From: an uncultured virus (IMG/VR IMGVR_UViG_3300046474_000019)
Lineage: Duplodnaviria; Heunggongvirae; Uroviricota; Caudoviricetes
Length of the DNA: 64,000 nt
Virus record (IMG/VR): IMGVR_UViG_3300046474_000019
Reading direction: 5' to 3' (one strand)
The notes below the pieces were generated by a model that was given only the letters and a program-made list of their open reading frames with translations, did not search any database and was not told the DNA's origin. Every line of letters begins with the position of its first letter. Within the stretch, counting starts at the first letter, position 1. Positions 45,959-55,482 of the stretch are shown here, in pieces. A program made the translations under genes and the position numbers.

Positions 45959-46363
45959 ATGGCACTTGATAAAGGTGATAAGGTTGTTATCGTAGGTGAA
46001 CGTACCAACCACGGCTTCAAAGATGGTGATGTAGTGACCTACACTGGTCTGGACTACCCTAAGCACCACAAAGGTCAATGGCGACAGTTTAAAGATGCTG
46101 AGGGCTTTCACCAGTATCTCTTGGAAGACCACTATGAGGCTTACGTTGAGCCTACTAAAGTAGTGGTCGTAAAGCACACTGGTGAAGCTGTTGTTGCTGA
46201 AACACTGCCAACCAAAGCGGCATACGCAGTATTCAATGCCAACGACGAAATCGTGGCCACATCTTCGGATCGTGAGTATGCACGTGAGTTGAAGGCGGCT
46301 CTGGGTGGTAAACGTAAAGGTATTCGTATCTTCTCGTACACCGCCGAGAAAGAAATTCGTTGA
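45959..46363 (+). CDS. hypothetical protein
   Basis: GGAGG RBS; promoter TTGACA-N17-TAATAT at 45901-45929. Confidence 0.7.
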   Translation: MALDKGDKVVIVGERTNHGFKDGDVVTYTGLDYPKHHKGQWRQFKDAEGFHQYLLEDHYEAYVEPTKVVVVKHTGEAVVAETLPTKAAYAVFNANDEIVATSSDREYARELKAALGGKRKGIRIFSYTAEKEIR

Positions 46364-46444
46364 TCTGATCAATCAACAAACAATGGGGGTCGTTTTGGCC
46401 CCTCACTCGCCCACGTGATTGGGTATTTAGATAGGAGAAACATA

Positions 46445-47518
46445 ATGGCTTTTCAAACAACTGGTAACAACACTACTGCTGGCTCGGAAAACCGTAAGGT
46501 TGTGGACTACAAAGCCCTCAACGCACATCTGGTTGAAGTAGCTGGTGGCGGTAAGCAGCGTTCGCTGCCGGGTATCATCACTGGTATCTACGACCTCGGC
46601 TTGCAAAAGCTGGATGACGCGGCGATCCTCGTTACTGACGCTGAATGGGTAAAACGCTTCCCTGAGTACGACGGTACTAAAGCAGGCGAAGAGGCTGTAA
46701 TCGCCAAGGCCAACCGCGAGAACGCTCGCTTCGAAATGTTCGAAGGCAACATGTGCTTCCGCTACAAGCAGAAGGACGTACAGCAAGTGGCAATCTCTGT
46801 GGACTTCCCTCAGATCATGGCAGACAAAGGTGCTTTCTTCACTGGTGAATCCAAGCCAATGCCTCTGCGTTTGATCCTGAACGGTGAGTTCAATCGTCTG
46901 GTGCAAAAGCCGTTCAACCTGCGTTCGATGAACCACAACCAAGGCAAGCCGGGTGCTGCAAAGTGGGCACTGGCTAAAAACAGCCAACTGCACAAGCTGG
47001 CCGATGCTTCGGGTATTCTGGACAATGATGGCCTGTTCAAAGCAGAACGTCTTGACGAGCTGCTGGGCAAAGTTGTACAGTTCCAGATTCGTCTGTTCAT
47101 CAACGATAAAGGCTTCTTCAAAGAAGAAATCAAAATCGCTGGTATGGTTCCAGAAGGTCTGCCACACCCAACCCTGCCAGAAGATGTAACACTGGCTCTG
47201 GTTCAAATGTGGGATGACAACATTGACAAGACCGCTGCTCTGGAAGCACGTGCTTGCATCAAGAACCATCAGCGTAAAGCTGTAAACTTCACCAGCACTG
47301 AAGCTGACGGCACTGTTAAAGACAGCCCGCTGAAAGCCATCATCGGTGAAGGCTGGAAGGCTGATGGTGACAAGCCAAAAGCTGCTGAGGCTGCGAAGCC
47401 AACGGGCATTGCTCCAAGCAAGCCAGTGAACAACGACGTTGATGACAGTTTTGACGAAGATGTGCCTTTCGCCCCAATCGGCAAGCAGGAAGGTCGTATG
47501 TTCCTGCACATGATTTAA
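46445..47518 (+). CDS. putative single-stranded DNA-binding protein
   Basis: Acidic DDSFDEDVPF near the C-terminus; replication module; AGGAG RBS. Confidence 0.6.
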   Translation: MAFQTTGNNTTAGSENRKVVDYKALNAHLVEVAGGGKQRSLPGIITGIYDLGLQKLDDAAILVTDAEWVKRFPEYDGTKAGEEAVIAKANRENARFEMFEGNMCFRYKQKDVQQVAISVDFPQIMADKGAFFTGESKPMPLRLILNGEFNRLVQKPFNLRSMNHNQGKPGAAKWALAKNSQLHKLADASGILDNDGLFKAERLDELLGKVVQFQIRLFINDKGFFKEEIKIAGMVPEGLPHPTLPEDVTLALVQMWDDNIDKTAALEARACIKNHQRKAVNFTSTEADGTVKDSPLKAIIGEGWKADGDKPKAAEAAKPTGIAPSKPVNNDVDDSFDEDVPFAPIGKQEGRMFLHMI

Positions 47519-47953
47519 GTGAAGGTATACTTTAAGTGTGGGGCTGCGAAGCCCTACACTGACTTCTACAAGCACTCCAAGATGGCCGATGGTCACCTTG
47601 GCAAGTGCAAGGAGTGTACCAAAGCTGATGTAAAGAAGCACCGGGTTGAGAACGATAGTGTTCGTGAGTACGACCGTGCGAGGGGTAATAGACAAGATAA
47701 AGTTTATCTGAGAGAATACAGACTGCGGTTTCCAAAGAAGTACAAGGCTCATCAATCGGTTAACAAAGCCATTCGAAATGGAGTGTTGACAAAGGCTGAT
47801 AACTGTGTAGAATGTGCATCTGACTTCGCAGTTGAAGCACATCACGACGATTACAACTTCCCACTGACGGTACGCTGGCTTTGTGGGGATGGAATGGGCA
47901 ATGTTGAATGCCTCTGCCTGTACCAAATCTTACCGCAGCCAGTAAGAGGGTGA
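47519..47953 (+). pseudogene. degenerate HNH endonuclease
   Basis: EAHHDDY..PL.VRWLC present but the following CH motif is replaced; no clear RBS. Confidence 0.5.
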
Positions 47954-48006
47954 TTTAAACAAAGGGCTACCCATTTCGGTAGCCTTTTGCTATTGGGAGG
48001 AAAACA

Positions 48007-49041
48007 ATGAGCGAGGACATTCTAGTATTTGACGCAGACAGCATTGCATACAAAGCAGCGGCGGCAAACGAAGAAAAGAGTATCAAAACACAGCATATCG
48101 AAAAGGGTGTGATCGAACAGTGGAGCAACCGCACAGAGTTCAGAGCCTATCTGGCTGGCACTGACCACACTGAGGATATGTACACCATCACTGACGTACA
48201 AGACCCGCGACACTCCAGTTATGGTAAGAGCCTTATTCGCGATATGATCAAAGGCTACCACACTCGCACTGGTGTCACCAAAGGTGAGATTTACATCGGC
48301 GGTGAGAACAACTTCCGTGACCTGATTCCTTTACCAATGACTCACGTTGCAACAGTTGGTAAGTGGGCGGGTAAGAGTAAACTCGGCGGGAAATACAAAG
48401 AGAACCGTGAAGACACCATTCGCCCTTTGCAGTTGAAGGAGCTACGTGCGTATCTGATTGGTGAGTTGAAAGCTGGCATTGTCAATGGTATGGAAGTTGA
48501 CGACAAACAGTCCATGCGTTCGTATGAAGGCTTTAAGACTGATACTCGTATCATCACTGTAACAGAAGACAAAGATGCACTGGGTTGTTCTGGCTGGCTT
48601 TGGAACCCTGCGAAGATGATCAAACCTGTCCTGATTAAAGGCTTTGGTGAGCTGCACAAGGAAGGGAAAGGCATTAAGGGTACTGGCAGGCTGTGGTTGT
48701 ATTACCAAGCGCTCTACGGTGATTCTGTGGACAACTATCATGGTTGTGATTTGTGGAAGATTGCACAGGATAAAGCAGGCAAGAGTGTGACGTTTGGCGA
48801 AGTCGCAGCGTACAACATCCTCAAAGACGCGAAGAACGACAAAGAGGCTGTAACCGCTGTATACAACCAATTCAAACTCTGGTATCCTGAGTCTGTTATC
48901 TACATGGATCACATGGGCCAGATGCAGAACAAGAACGCTGTTGAAATCATGCAGATGTATTTTGATGCAGCCCATATGCGTAGATTCGAGGATGACAGAA
49001 TCATTGTCAGGGATTTGCTTGACCGTCTGGGGATTGTCTAA
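48007..49041 (+). CDS. 5'-3' exonuclease (T7 gp6-like)
   Basis: FDADSIAY, NFRD, YKENR, EVDD, EDKD, GDSVDNYHG. Confidence 0.85.
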   Translation: MSEDILVFDADSIAYKAAAANEEKSIKTQHIEKGVIEQWSNRTEFRAYLAGTDHTEDMYTITDVQDPRHSSYGKSLIRDMIKGYHTRTGVTKGEIYIGGENNFRDLIPLPMTHVATVGKWAGKSKLGGKYKENREDTIRPLQLKELRAYLIGELKAGIVNGMEVDDKQSMRSYEGFKTDTRIITVTEDKDALGCSGWLWNPAKMIKPVLIKGFGELHKEGKGIKGTGRLWLYYQALYGDSVDNYHGCDLWKIAQDKAGKSVTFGEVAAYNILKDAKNDKEAVTAVYNQFKLWYPESVIYMDHMGQMQNKNAVEIMQMYFDAAHMRRFEDDRIIVRDLLDRLGIV

Positions 49042-49508
49042 TGAACTGGGCGGAAGCTAGCCAACTATTTTCGTATGACCCGGAAACGGGTCTTGTTATC
49101 AGGAAGGTATCTGGTGTTGAGGTTGGAAGTGAGACTTCGGATGGATACCTCTCTGTTTACAGGAAAGGTAAGAACTATAAGTTGCACAGAGTGGCTTGGT
49201 TGTTAACGTATGGAGACTGGCCGGAAGAGTTTATCGACCACATCAATGGTGATAGGCAAGACAATAGACTACAAAATCTGAGGCTTGCTGATAACTCTGA
49301 AAACTTAATGAACTGTGTTGTGTACTCAAACAACAAGAGTGGTGTGAAGGGGGTTTGCTGGGATTCTAAAAGATCAAAGTGGCGTGTAACACTGACCACT
49401 GGTAAGAAGACCGAACATCTTGGCTACCTAATATCACTTGAAGACGCCAAAGCATTGATAGAGTTCCATAGACAATTAAAGCATGGGGAGTACACAAATC
49501 ATGGTTGA
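49041..49508 (+). CDS. HNH homing endonuclease with AP2-like C-terminus
   Basis: YDPETG, HRVAW, IDHINGDRQDNRLQNLR, SGVKGV. Confidence 0.9.
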   Translation: MNWAEASQLFSYDPETGLVIRKVSGVEVGSETSDGYLSVYRKGKNYKLHRVAWLLTYGDWPEEFIDHINGDRQDNRLQNLRLADNSENLMNCVVYSNNKSGVKGVCWDSKRSKWRVTLTTGKKTEHLGYLISLEDAKALIEFHRQLKHGEYTNHG

Positions 49509-50049
49509 GCCGTGGATCGAATATCCCCACATTTGGAAGACTGAGGCAATGTATCTTAGCTGGATTCGTGGCGGAATCCGGCGATACCTCTGGAGTAAGA
49601 ACCCAGTGAAGCTTGAGTTTGTCAAGTCTGCTCGCAAGATGATTGTTAATCCTAACGTGAAGCTACGCAAAGGTCGTCCTAAAGTTTGGGGCGGGGTTTG
49701 TGAGATTTGCCAGAAAGAATTCATCATGAAGAATATGGAAGTGGACCACAAAACTGGTGAACATTCCCTCAGAAAGACTGAGGACATTCAAAAGTTTGTC
49801 GAAGGGATTGTGTTCGTTCGAAAGGAAGACCTCGCACTTCTGTGCAAACCATGCCATAAAATAAAAACGTTAGCTGAACGAAGCGGGCTTACACTTGGTG
49901 AAGCTTCTATAGAAAAAGAAGCTATTCTCATTTGCAAAGGTAGTGCAAATGATGTTAAACTGTGGCTAACTGAAGCTGGTATAGCTCCAGCTCGCACCGT
50001 AAAAGAGCGTAGAGCACAAGTCACGGAGGTTCTTCGTGGCAAAGTGTAA
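49501..50049 (+). CDS. HNH endonuclease
   Basis: CEIC...MEVDH...LLCKPCHKIKT. Confidence 0.8.
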   Translation: MVEPWIEYPHIWKTEAMYLSWIRGGIRRYLWSKNPVKLEFVKSARKMIVNPNVKLRKGRPKVWGGVCEICQKEFIMKNMEVDHKTGEHSLRKTEDIQKFVEGIVFVRKEDLALLCKPCHKIKTLAERSGLTLGEASIEKEAILICKGSANDVKLWLTEAGIAPARTVKERRAQVTEVLRGKV

Positions 50050-50494
50050 ACGTTGCAATGCAGAGTTCAAGCAGAAGAGGTCGAGTCAGGTCTTTTGTTG
50101 TAGCGAGTGTAAGGTCAAATGGTGGAGTCTAGCTGAAAATACAAGAGAATTTCAGTTGAACCACAAGAAGTCTTACCCGGAGAAGAGGCTGCACAAAGCT
50201 GCTAAAGAAAGGGCTAAGGCAACAGGACAACCTTTTGATATAGAAGTTTCTGATGTGATAATCCCCGATAGATGCCCGATACTTGGTTGTGAGTTTGAAA
50301 GCAACTTAGGTAAAGGTCAGGGTGCCAACCCAAGGGCACCATCTTTGGACAAAATCAGGCCCGAACTAGGATATACAAAAGGTAATGTTCAAGTTGTCAG
50401 CTTTAAAGCTAACTCAATGAAGCGGGATGGGACAATTGAAGAGTTGTTGAATTTCGCTGAATGGGTGTTTAAAACTTATAAGGAGGAGAAATGA
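50036..50494 (+). CDS. HNH-like endonuclease
   Basis: CPILG, PSLDKIRPELGYTKGNVQVVS..ANSMK. Confidence 0.8.
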   Translation: MAKCKRCNAEFKQKRSSQVFCCSECKVKWWSLAENTREFQLNHKKSYPEKRLHKAAKERAKATGQPFDIEVSDVIIPDRCPILGCEFESNLGKGQGANPRAPSLDKIRPELGYTKGNVQVVSFKANSMKRDGTIEELLNFAEWVFKTYKEEK

Positions 50495-50706
50495 CAGAAT
50501 TGCAAACAAATTTACTGATCGTACTTAAACGTCTGATTGAAGTTGTTGAGGAAGATGCGGGTATTGCAGAGCATATTGCAGATGCAATCGAATGCACCCT
50601 TGATGATATCTCGATGGATGATGGATTCGGTACTGAACGCCAATGTGACCCCCGTGGTGACATGCGTGTCAAAGAGTGGTCTATTTTTACGGAGGTACAA
50701 GTATGA
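50491..50706 (+). CDS. hypothetical protein
   Basis: DGFGTERQCDPRGD motif; GGAG RBS. Confidence 0.7.
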   Translation: MTELQTNLLIVLKRLIEVVEEDAGIAEHIADAIECTLDDISMDDGFGTERQCDPRGDMRVKEWSIFTEVQV

Positions 50707-51476
50707 GTCGTAAACATATCGTGATAGCCGATACCCAAGCTAAGCCAGACGAAAGCTTGGAGTACATGGGTTACATCGGCCAGTACATCGCTGAGAAACG
50801 TCCTGAAGTTGTAGTCCATATTGGCGACCACTGGGATTTCCCAAGCCTATCCAGCTACGACAAGGGCAAGAAAGTGATGGAAGGTCGTCGCGTCATCGAT
50901 GATGTTCGTGCTGGCCACGAAGGCATGAAGAAGTTGATGGCTCCAGTCATCACACTACAGGAGCAACAACGTGCAAATAAAAAGAAGGTTTATAACCCTA
51001 AGATGGTATTCTGTCCGGGCAATCACGAAGATCGGTTTGACCGTTACGCCAACGATAATCCAGAGTTGTACGGCCTTGTCGGTGTGGACTCACTCAATAT
51101 TCAGCAATACGGTTGGGAAGTTGCCCCTTATCTGAAACCAGTTTGTATTGACGGCATCTACTACGTCCACTACTTGGTTAACCCAATGAATGGTCGTCCA
51201 CGTGCTGGTAATGCTGCTGCACAGTTGAAGGCTGTAGGCTCTTCTTTCGTAGTTGGGCACAAGCAAGTGTTGGACATTGCAATCGCTGACAACCAGCTTG
51301 ATGGCAAATACCGCATTGGTATTATCAACGGTGCGTGCTATCCTCACGATGAGGCGTACAAAGGCCACCAAGGCAATCAACATTTCAGGGGTATTATGAT
51401 GCTGAACGAAGTGGACGATGGTTTTGGCTTGCCATGTCCTGTGTCGCTAGACTACTTGACCAAAAAATACGCTTGA
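50703..51476 (+). CDS. metallophosphoesterase
   Basis: IADTQ, IGDHWD, GNHE, VGH motifs. Confidence 0.85.
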   Translation: MSRKHIVIADTQAKPDESLEYMGYIGQYIAEKRPEVVVHIGDHWDFPSLSSYDKGKKVMEGRRVIDDVRAGHEGMKKLMAPVITLQEQQRANKKKVYNPKMVFCPGNHEDRFDRYANDNPELYGLVGVDSLNIQQYGWEVAPYLKPVCIDGIYYVHYLVNPMNGRPRAGNAAAQLKAVGSSFVVGHKQVLDIAIADNQLDGKYRIGIINGACYPHDEAYKGHQGNQHFRGIMMLNEVDDGFGLPCPVSLDYLTKKYA

Positions 51477-51516
51477 CACAAGAGAGGGGCTATCGTATGA
51501 TGGCCCCTCATTCGTT

Positions 51517-51753
51517 ATGGAGGCGGAAATGGCACAGAGTAAAGCACAATCGTTGAAAGAAACCGTGTCCAATACGGGTATTGGAATGGTAGGAAGCTGG
51601 ATCATCACAATGGTGACATTCAGTTTCATTAAAGACTTGACAGTGGCTTCTACTGTCGCTACAATCGGCTGCACAGTCTGGAGCATTGGTCGTGGATACT
51701 GCGTCCGCCGATACTTCAACAAACTACAAACTAGCAAAGGAGAATCTGTATGA
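51517..51753 (+). CDS. small membrane protein
   Basis: QSKAQSLKETVSNTGIG...RGYCVRRYFN; start may be 51529. Confidence 0.7.
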   Translation: MEAEMAQSKAQSLKETVSNTGIGMVGSWIITMVTFSFIKDLTVASTVATIGCTVWSIGRGYCVRRYFNKLQTSKGESV

Positions 51754-51977
51754 AACTGATTACTATCACACAATTTGAACCGGGCGAACTGACTGTACAA
51801 GAAGAAGGCTTTTACCAAGAGTTCTCCGGCTTGGCTGGTGATATCGCAGCACGTGTTGTGGCCGATGGCGACTACGATCAACTAGCCCTGATCGCTGGTA
51901 TCACTCGCGCTCTTATGCAAGTAGCAGGTAATGCACTTGATCTGGCTAACCGACTGGGAGTTAACACCGATGTATAA
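51750..51977 (+). CDS. hypothetical protein
   Basis: AAGGAG RBS. Confidence 0.7.
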   Translation: MKLITITQFEPGELTVQEEGFYQEFSGLAGDIAARVVADGDYDQLALIAGITRALMQVAGNALDLANRLGVNTDV

Positions 51978-52140
51978 TATCAAACTGACTGCTGAGCAAG
52001 GTGATCTGGCATTTCACATTCTGGCTATCATGCAAGAAAGATTCCCTGAGAACCCTGAGCTGACCATCCCTGCTCTGCAAGTTGTTCTGCAAGCAACTAA
52101 AGAGTCTTGCATCGAAGAAGGAACTTACACCGATGAGTGA
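51970..52140 (+). CDS. hypothetical protein
   Basis: GGGAG RBS; overlap chain. Confidence 0.6.
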   Translation: MYNIKLTAEQGDLAFHILAIMQERFPENPELTIPALQVVLQATKESCIEEGTYTDE

Positions 52141-52333
52141 GAATAAGGTAAACCTTCGTGATCTGGTAAGCTTGGCAGAGTCTGTCGAGTTCCTTGACGA
52201 ACTGCTACAAAAACATGGCGGAAGTGAAGAAGCCCTGATGATCTTGCTGATCAAAGTGGCAAGCACTAAAGCCATCCTCGAAAAAGCATTGGGCTGTGAC
52301 CCAATCGTAGTTGAACTGGAGGACGATGAATGA
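52133..52333 (+). CDS. hypothetical protein
   Basis: AAGGA RBS; overlap chain. Confidence 0.6.
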   Translation: MSENKVNLRDLVSLAESVEFLDELLQKHGGSEEALMILLIKVASTKAILEKALGCDPIVVELEDDE

Positions 52334-53016
52334 CGGTAAGAACACTTACAATTGAAGAAATGATGACTCAGGAGACTGGCGATACAGCCGTTCTACTTGG
52401 GCATTGGGATGCCATCCCAGTAGGGACAGTCCTCACTCGCAAACGTGTCACGCTTGACGATACCGACAGCGTAGCCTACGAATATGGTGCCGACTGGAAC
52501 TTCTTCGAAGAGGGCGAAGTGGGTGTGGTTGAAAGTGGAGTCGGTTCTGGTCGTATCGCCACTGACTTCAGTAAACACATGGAACTGTTCACAACTCCGC
52601 TAGTTGAGCCGGGTTCTACTGTTGAAACTGGCTGCTCTGACACTCTCGGCGTGTTCCGCCCTGAACTTGAGACTCGCAAGGCTGGCAAGATTCGTGTGGA
52701 ATTGGTGGACGACGGCTTCCCACTCGCCCTGCGTGAGGTTGCACACGTGATGACTTGGGCACAAACTGCCAAGGGTTACAAAGACCATGACTGGCAGAAC
52801 CTCCCAAACGCTGAAATTGCTCTGGCGGCGGCGGCAAGTCGCCATCGTACAGACCACATCAAGCAACGTGTTGTTGACGGCTTGGACATTGACCAGTGCG
52901 TAGACATTGAGTCTGGTCTGCTGCACAAGGCACACGAAGCCTTCGGTGTACTGTCCCAATTGGAGTTGATGTTGAGAGGAAAATTTGTTGACTCTCGACC
53001 GCAAGTCGGGGTATAA
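52330..53016 (+). CDS. dATP/dGTP diphosphohydrolase-domain protein (DUF5664-like)
   Basis: GKIRVELV...ALREVAHVMTW...KGY..HDW, AAASRH, DIESGLLHKAH. Confidence 0.65.
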   Translation: MTVRTLTIEEMMTQETGDTAVLLGHWDAIPVGTVLTRKRVTLDDTDSVAYEYGADWNFFEEGEVGVVESGVGSGRIATDFSKHMELFTTPLVEPGSTVETGCSDTLGVFRPELETRKAGKIRVELVDDGFPLALREVAHVMTWAQTAKGYKDHDWQNLPNAEIALAAAASRHRTDHIKQRVVDGLDIDQCVDIESGLLHKAHEAFGVLSQLELMLRGKFVDSRPQVGV

Positions 53017-53090
53017 TAACCTCCTACACAGGCAATAACCCAAGGAAGGGGAACCATAAAAGGTTTCCCTTTTTCATATAAGGAGAGAAA

Positions 53091-54065
53091 ATGACAATTA
53101 CTGCTAAAATCATCGCACTCTCTATCTCACCAAGCGGTCAAATGATCTGCACTTGGGAGTTAGAGTACCAACGCTTCATTCACGGAGAGTTCATGACGCA
53201 TCGTCTGTTCTCACGTAATGCTGCATCCTCGCGGGCTATTCCCGTCGCTACAATTATCAAACAAGTAAGAGACAATCCAGCAATGCCGATTCATTGGGGT
53301 GTTAATGAGCCGGGTATGCAAGCGACTAGCGTCTTGTCTGACGCACTCACTGGTTCTGCTAAGTTCTTGTGGAAGCGAGCAGCTAAGTTTGCTGCTACTG
53401 TTGCCGAGGCTCTGGTTAAAGTAGGCTTGCATAAACAAGCAACTAACCGAATCCTTGAACCGTTCCAGACAATGAAAACCGTTATGACGGCTACATGTAT
53501 GGACAACTTCTTCTGGCTGCGTAACCATCCAGACGCACAACCTGAAATCAGAGAGCTTGCTCGCCTGATGTGGGAAGCTTTGCAAGAAGCGTTGCCCAAT
53601 GCGAACCAATTGAAACCGGGTGACTGGCACGTTCCATACTACAACAGCGGTGTTTGGAAAGGTAACTTCCACTCCACTCGTCTGGTTGGTGCACCAGTTG
53701 TTGACAATTTTGGTCATAGTCTGGATAACGCTCTGGCAATCTCTTCTAGCTGCTGCGCTCAAGTGAGCTACCGCAAGCTGGATGACACGCTTGAGAAGGC
53801 TCAGATGGTGTATGCTCGCCTTGTAGAGAGTGAGCCAGTACATGCTTCGCCATTTGAACACCAAGCCACTCCAATGCTGAGTGAGGACTACGAGGACATG
53901 CTTGTCCGTCGTTTTGGTGATGACGAAGTTGGTGCATTCGATGAAGGTGTAACACACACTGATCGTAACGGCAAAAACTGGAGTGGTAATTTGATTGGCT
54001 GGGTACAACATCGCCAGCTTATCCCGAATAATGTATGTATGAAGTATGAGGTGTCCAATGGCTGA
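53091..54065 (+). CDS. thyX: flavin-dependent thymidylate synthase
   Basis: EFMTHRLFSRNAASSRAIP, HKQ..NRILEPF, AQPEI, HASPFEH. Confidence 0.9.
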   Translation: MTITAKIIALSISPSGQMICTWELEYQRFIHGEFMTHRLFSRNAASSRAIPVATIIKQVRDNPAMPIHWGVNEPGMQATSVLSDALTGSAKFLWKRAAKFAATVAEALVKVGLHKQATNRILEPFQTMKTVMTATCMDNFFWLRNHPDAQPEIRELARLMWEALQEALPNANQLKPGDWHVPYYNSGVWKGNFHSTRLVGAPVVDNFGHSLDNALAISSSCCAQVSYRKLDDTLEKAQMVYARLVESEPVHASPFEHQATPMLSEDYEDMLVRRFGDDEVGAFDEGVTHTDRNGKNWSGNLIGWVQHRQLIPNNVCMKYEVSNG

Positions 54066-54396
54066 TTACGCCCTAAGTTTCCACGACCTGAATCTGGTCG
54101 ATGGTTTTAAAGAAGCACACGATACACAGAACAAGAAAGTATTTGAAGCCATTCTACAGACGAATGGTTTTGATGTGAGTTTGGGCTACGAACTTGTAGC
54201 GTGCAACCACAGAACAATCAACAACATTGAGTATTACGGCATTCGCGTCGAAGGCTTTGAACGTACTGACGCAGCTTGGATTGCTACAGGATGTGCAAGT
54301 ATGGAAGCCCAGATCGAAGCCACAAACGATAAGAGCCTGAGACATACTCTTCGCACGATGAGCTATCAGGGTACACTAACCCCAACCGATGATTAA
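54058..54396 (+). CDS. hypothetical protein
   Basis: GAGG RBS; between thyX and nrdB. Confidence 0.7.
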   Translation: MADYALSFHDLNLVDGFKEAHDTQNKKVFEAILQTNGFDVSLGYELVACNHRTINNIEYYGIRVEGFERTDAAWIATGCASMEAQIEATNDKSLRHTLRTMSYQGTLTPTDD

Positions 54397-54405
54397 GGAT
54401 AACTA

Positions 54406-55482
54406 ATGACAATGGCGTTCCCATCCCTTGCAGAGGAAGACGTAAGTCTTCCTTTCGCAGGAACAAAAGAGTTCGACTTCAACGCAAAAACCCGCATCAT
54501 GACAGAGACAGATAGCTACGCTACTGCCTACCCTCAATTCTTTGAGTTCGCTGACCAACAGTTCGACAAACAGTTCTGGACAAACACAGAAATGAAAGTT
54601 GAGCTTGACAGAATGCAACTTCTGTTCGATCTTACACCTGCCCAACTACACGCTGTGAAGTTTGTTCTCCAACTGTTCCTCAAGTATGAGTTGATCGTTG
54701 GTGAAGAGTTCTGGGGTAACTTGTTTATCAAGGTGTTCCCAACGCCAGAAGCTAAAGCAATGGCTGCTGCGTTTGCTGCCTTCGAACTTCAAGTTCATGC
54801 TCGCTTCTACAACCAACTGAACACACAACTTGGACTGGACAAAGACGAACACTACCGTGCATATGCTGCGAACCCTGAGTTGGCTGCACGTGTTGAATGG
54901 CTAGAAGGTGTGCTGAGTGGTGAGGATAAGCTGCTGTCTGTTATCGTATTCTCGATGACTGAAACTGCACTGCTGTTTGCCAGCTTCGCAATCTTGAAAT
55001 CGTTCCAATCTAACGGCTACAACAAGCTTCCTGTTGTTGTTCGTGGAACTAACCAGAGTGCTATCGACGAAGACTTGCACGGTTTTGCTGCTGCTTGGGC
55101 AATCAACCAACACTATAAAGAGTTGGGTAAGCCTCTTAGAGAAGACACCAAGCGTGTTGAGCAGATTTACAAGGCCATTCAATATGCTTACGAACATGAA
55201 TGTCTTATCATTGATCTAGCATTCATTGAAGAAACATTGAATGGTATGACAAAGGATGACTTCAAAAACTACATCAAAGTAAGGCTGAACGTGTTTGCTG
55301 AACGTCTCGGATTGGACCTGCCATTCCCAGAAGCAACGTCGCCTATTACGAAGTGGTTTGAACTTGGGACCGACTCGTACAAAATGGTGGACTTCTTTAC
55401 ACCGGGTATGGGTATGGAATACGAATCTAGCTGGGATACACACGGATTTATCGTAGGCTACACATCGGAGGATGATTTGTGA
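54406..55482 (+). CDS. nrdB: ribonucleotide reductase beta subunit
   Basis: FW, ELQVHARFY, TE..LFASF, DEDLH dimetal motifs. Confidence 0.9.
   Translation: MTMAFPSLAEEDVSLPFAGTKEFDFNAKTRIMTETDSYATAYPQFFEFADQQFDKQFWTNTEMKVELDRMQLLFDLTPAQLHAVKFVLQLFLKYELIVGEEFWGNLFIKVFPTPEAKAMAAAFAAFELQVHARFYNQLNTQLGLDKDEHYRAYAANPELAARVEWLEGVLSGEDKLLSVIVFSMTETALLFASFAILKSFQSNGYNKLPVVVRGTNQSAIDEDLHGFAAAWAINQHYKELGKPLREDTKRVEQIYKAIQYAYEHECLIIDLAFIEETLNGMTKDDFKNYIKVRLNVFAERLGLDLPFPEATSPITKWFELGTDSYKMVDFFTPGMGMEYESSWDTHGFIVGYTSEDDL

Noticed and set aside
46427..47926. 499-aa minus-strand ORF and other long antisense ORFs (e.g. 41612-42823, 174-1049, 56274-57206)
   Set aside because: Shadow frames of genes with strong codon bias; no RBS or recognisable motifs
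53190..53199. 9/10 complements of the twin-RNA 10-mers in thyX (TTCATGACGC) and terL (GTATCCAAAA near 6934)
   Set aside because: A 9-nt match is readily expected by chance in 64 kb, so this is not evidence of targeting
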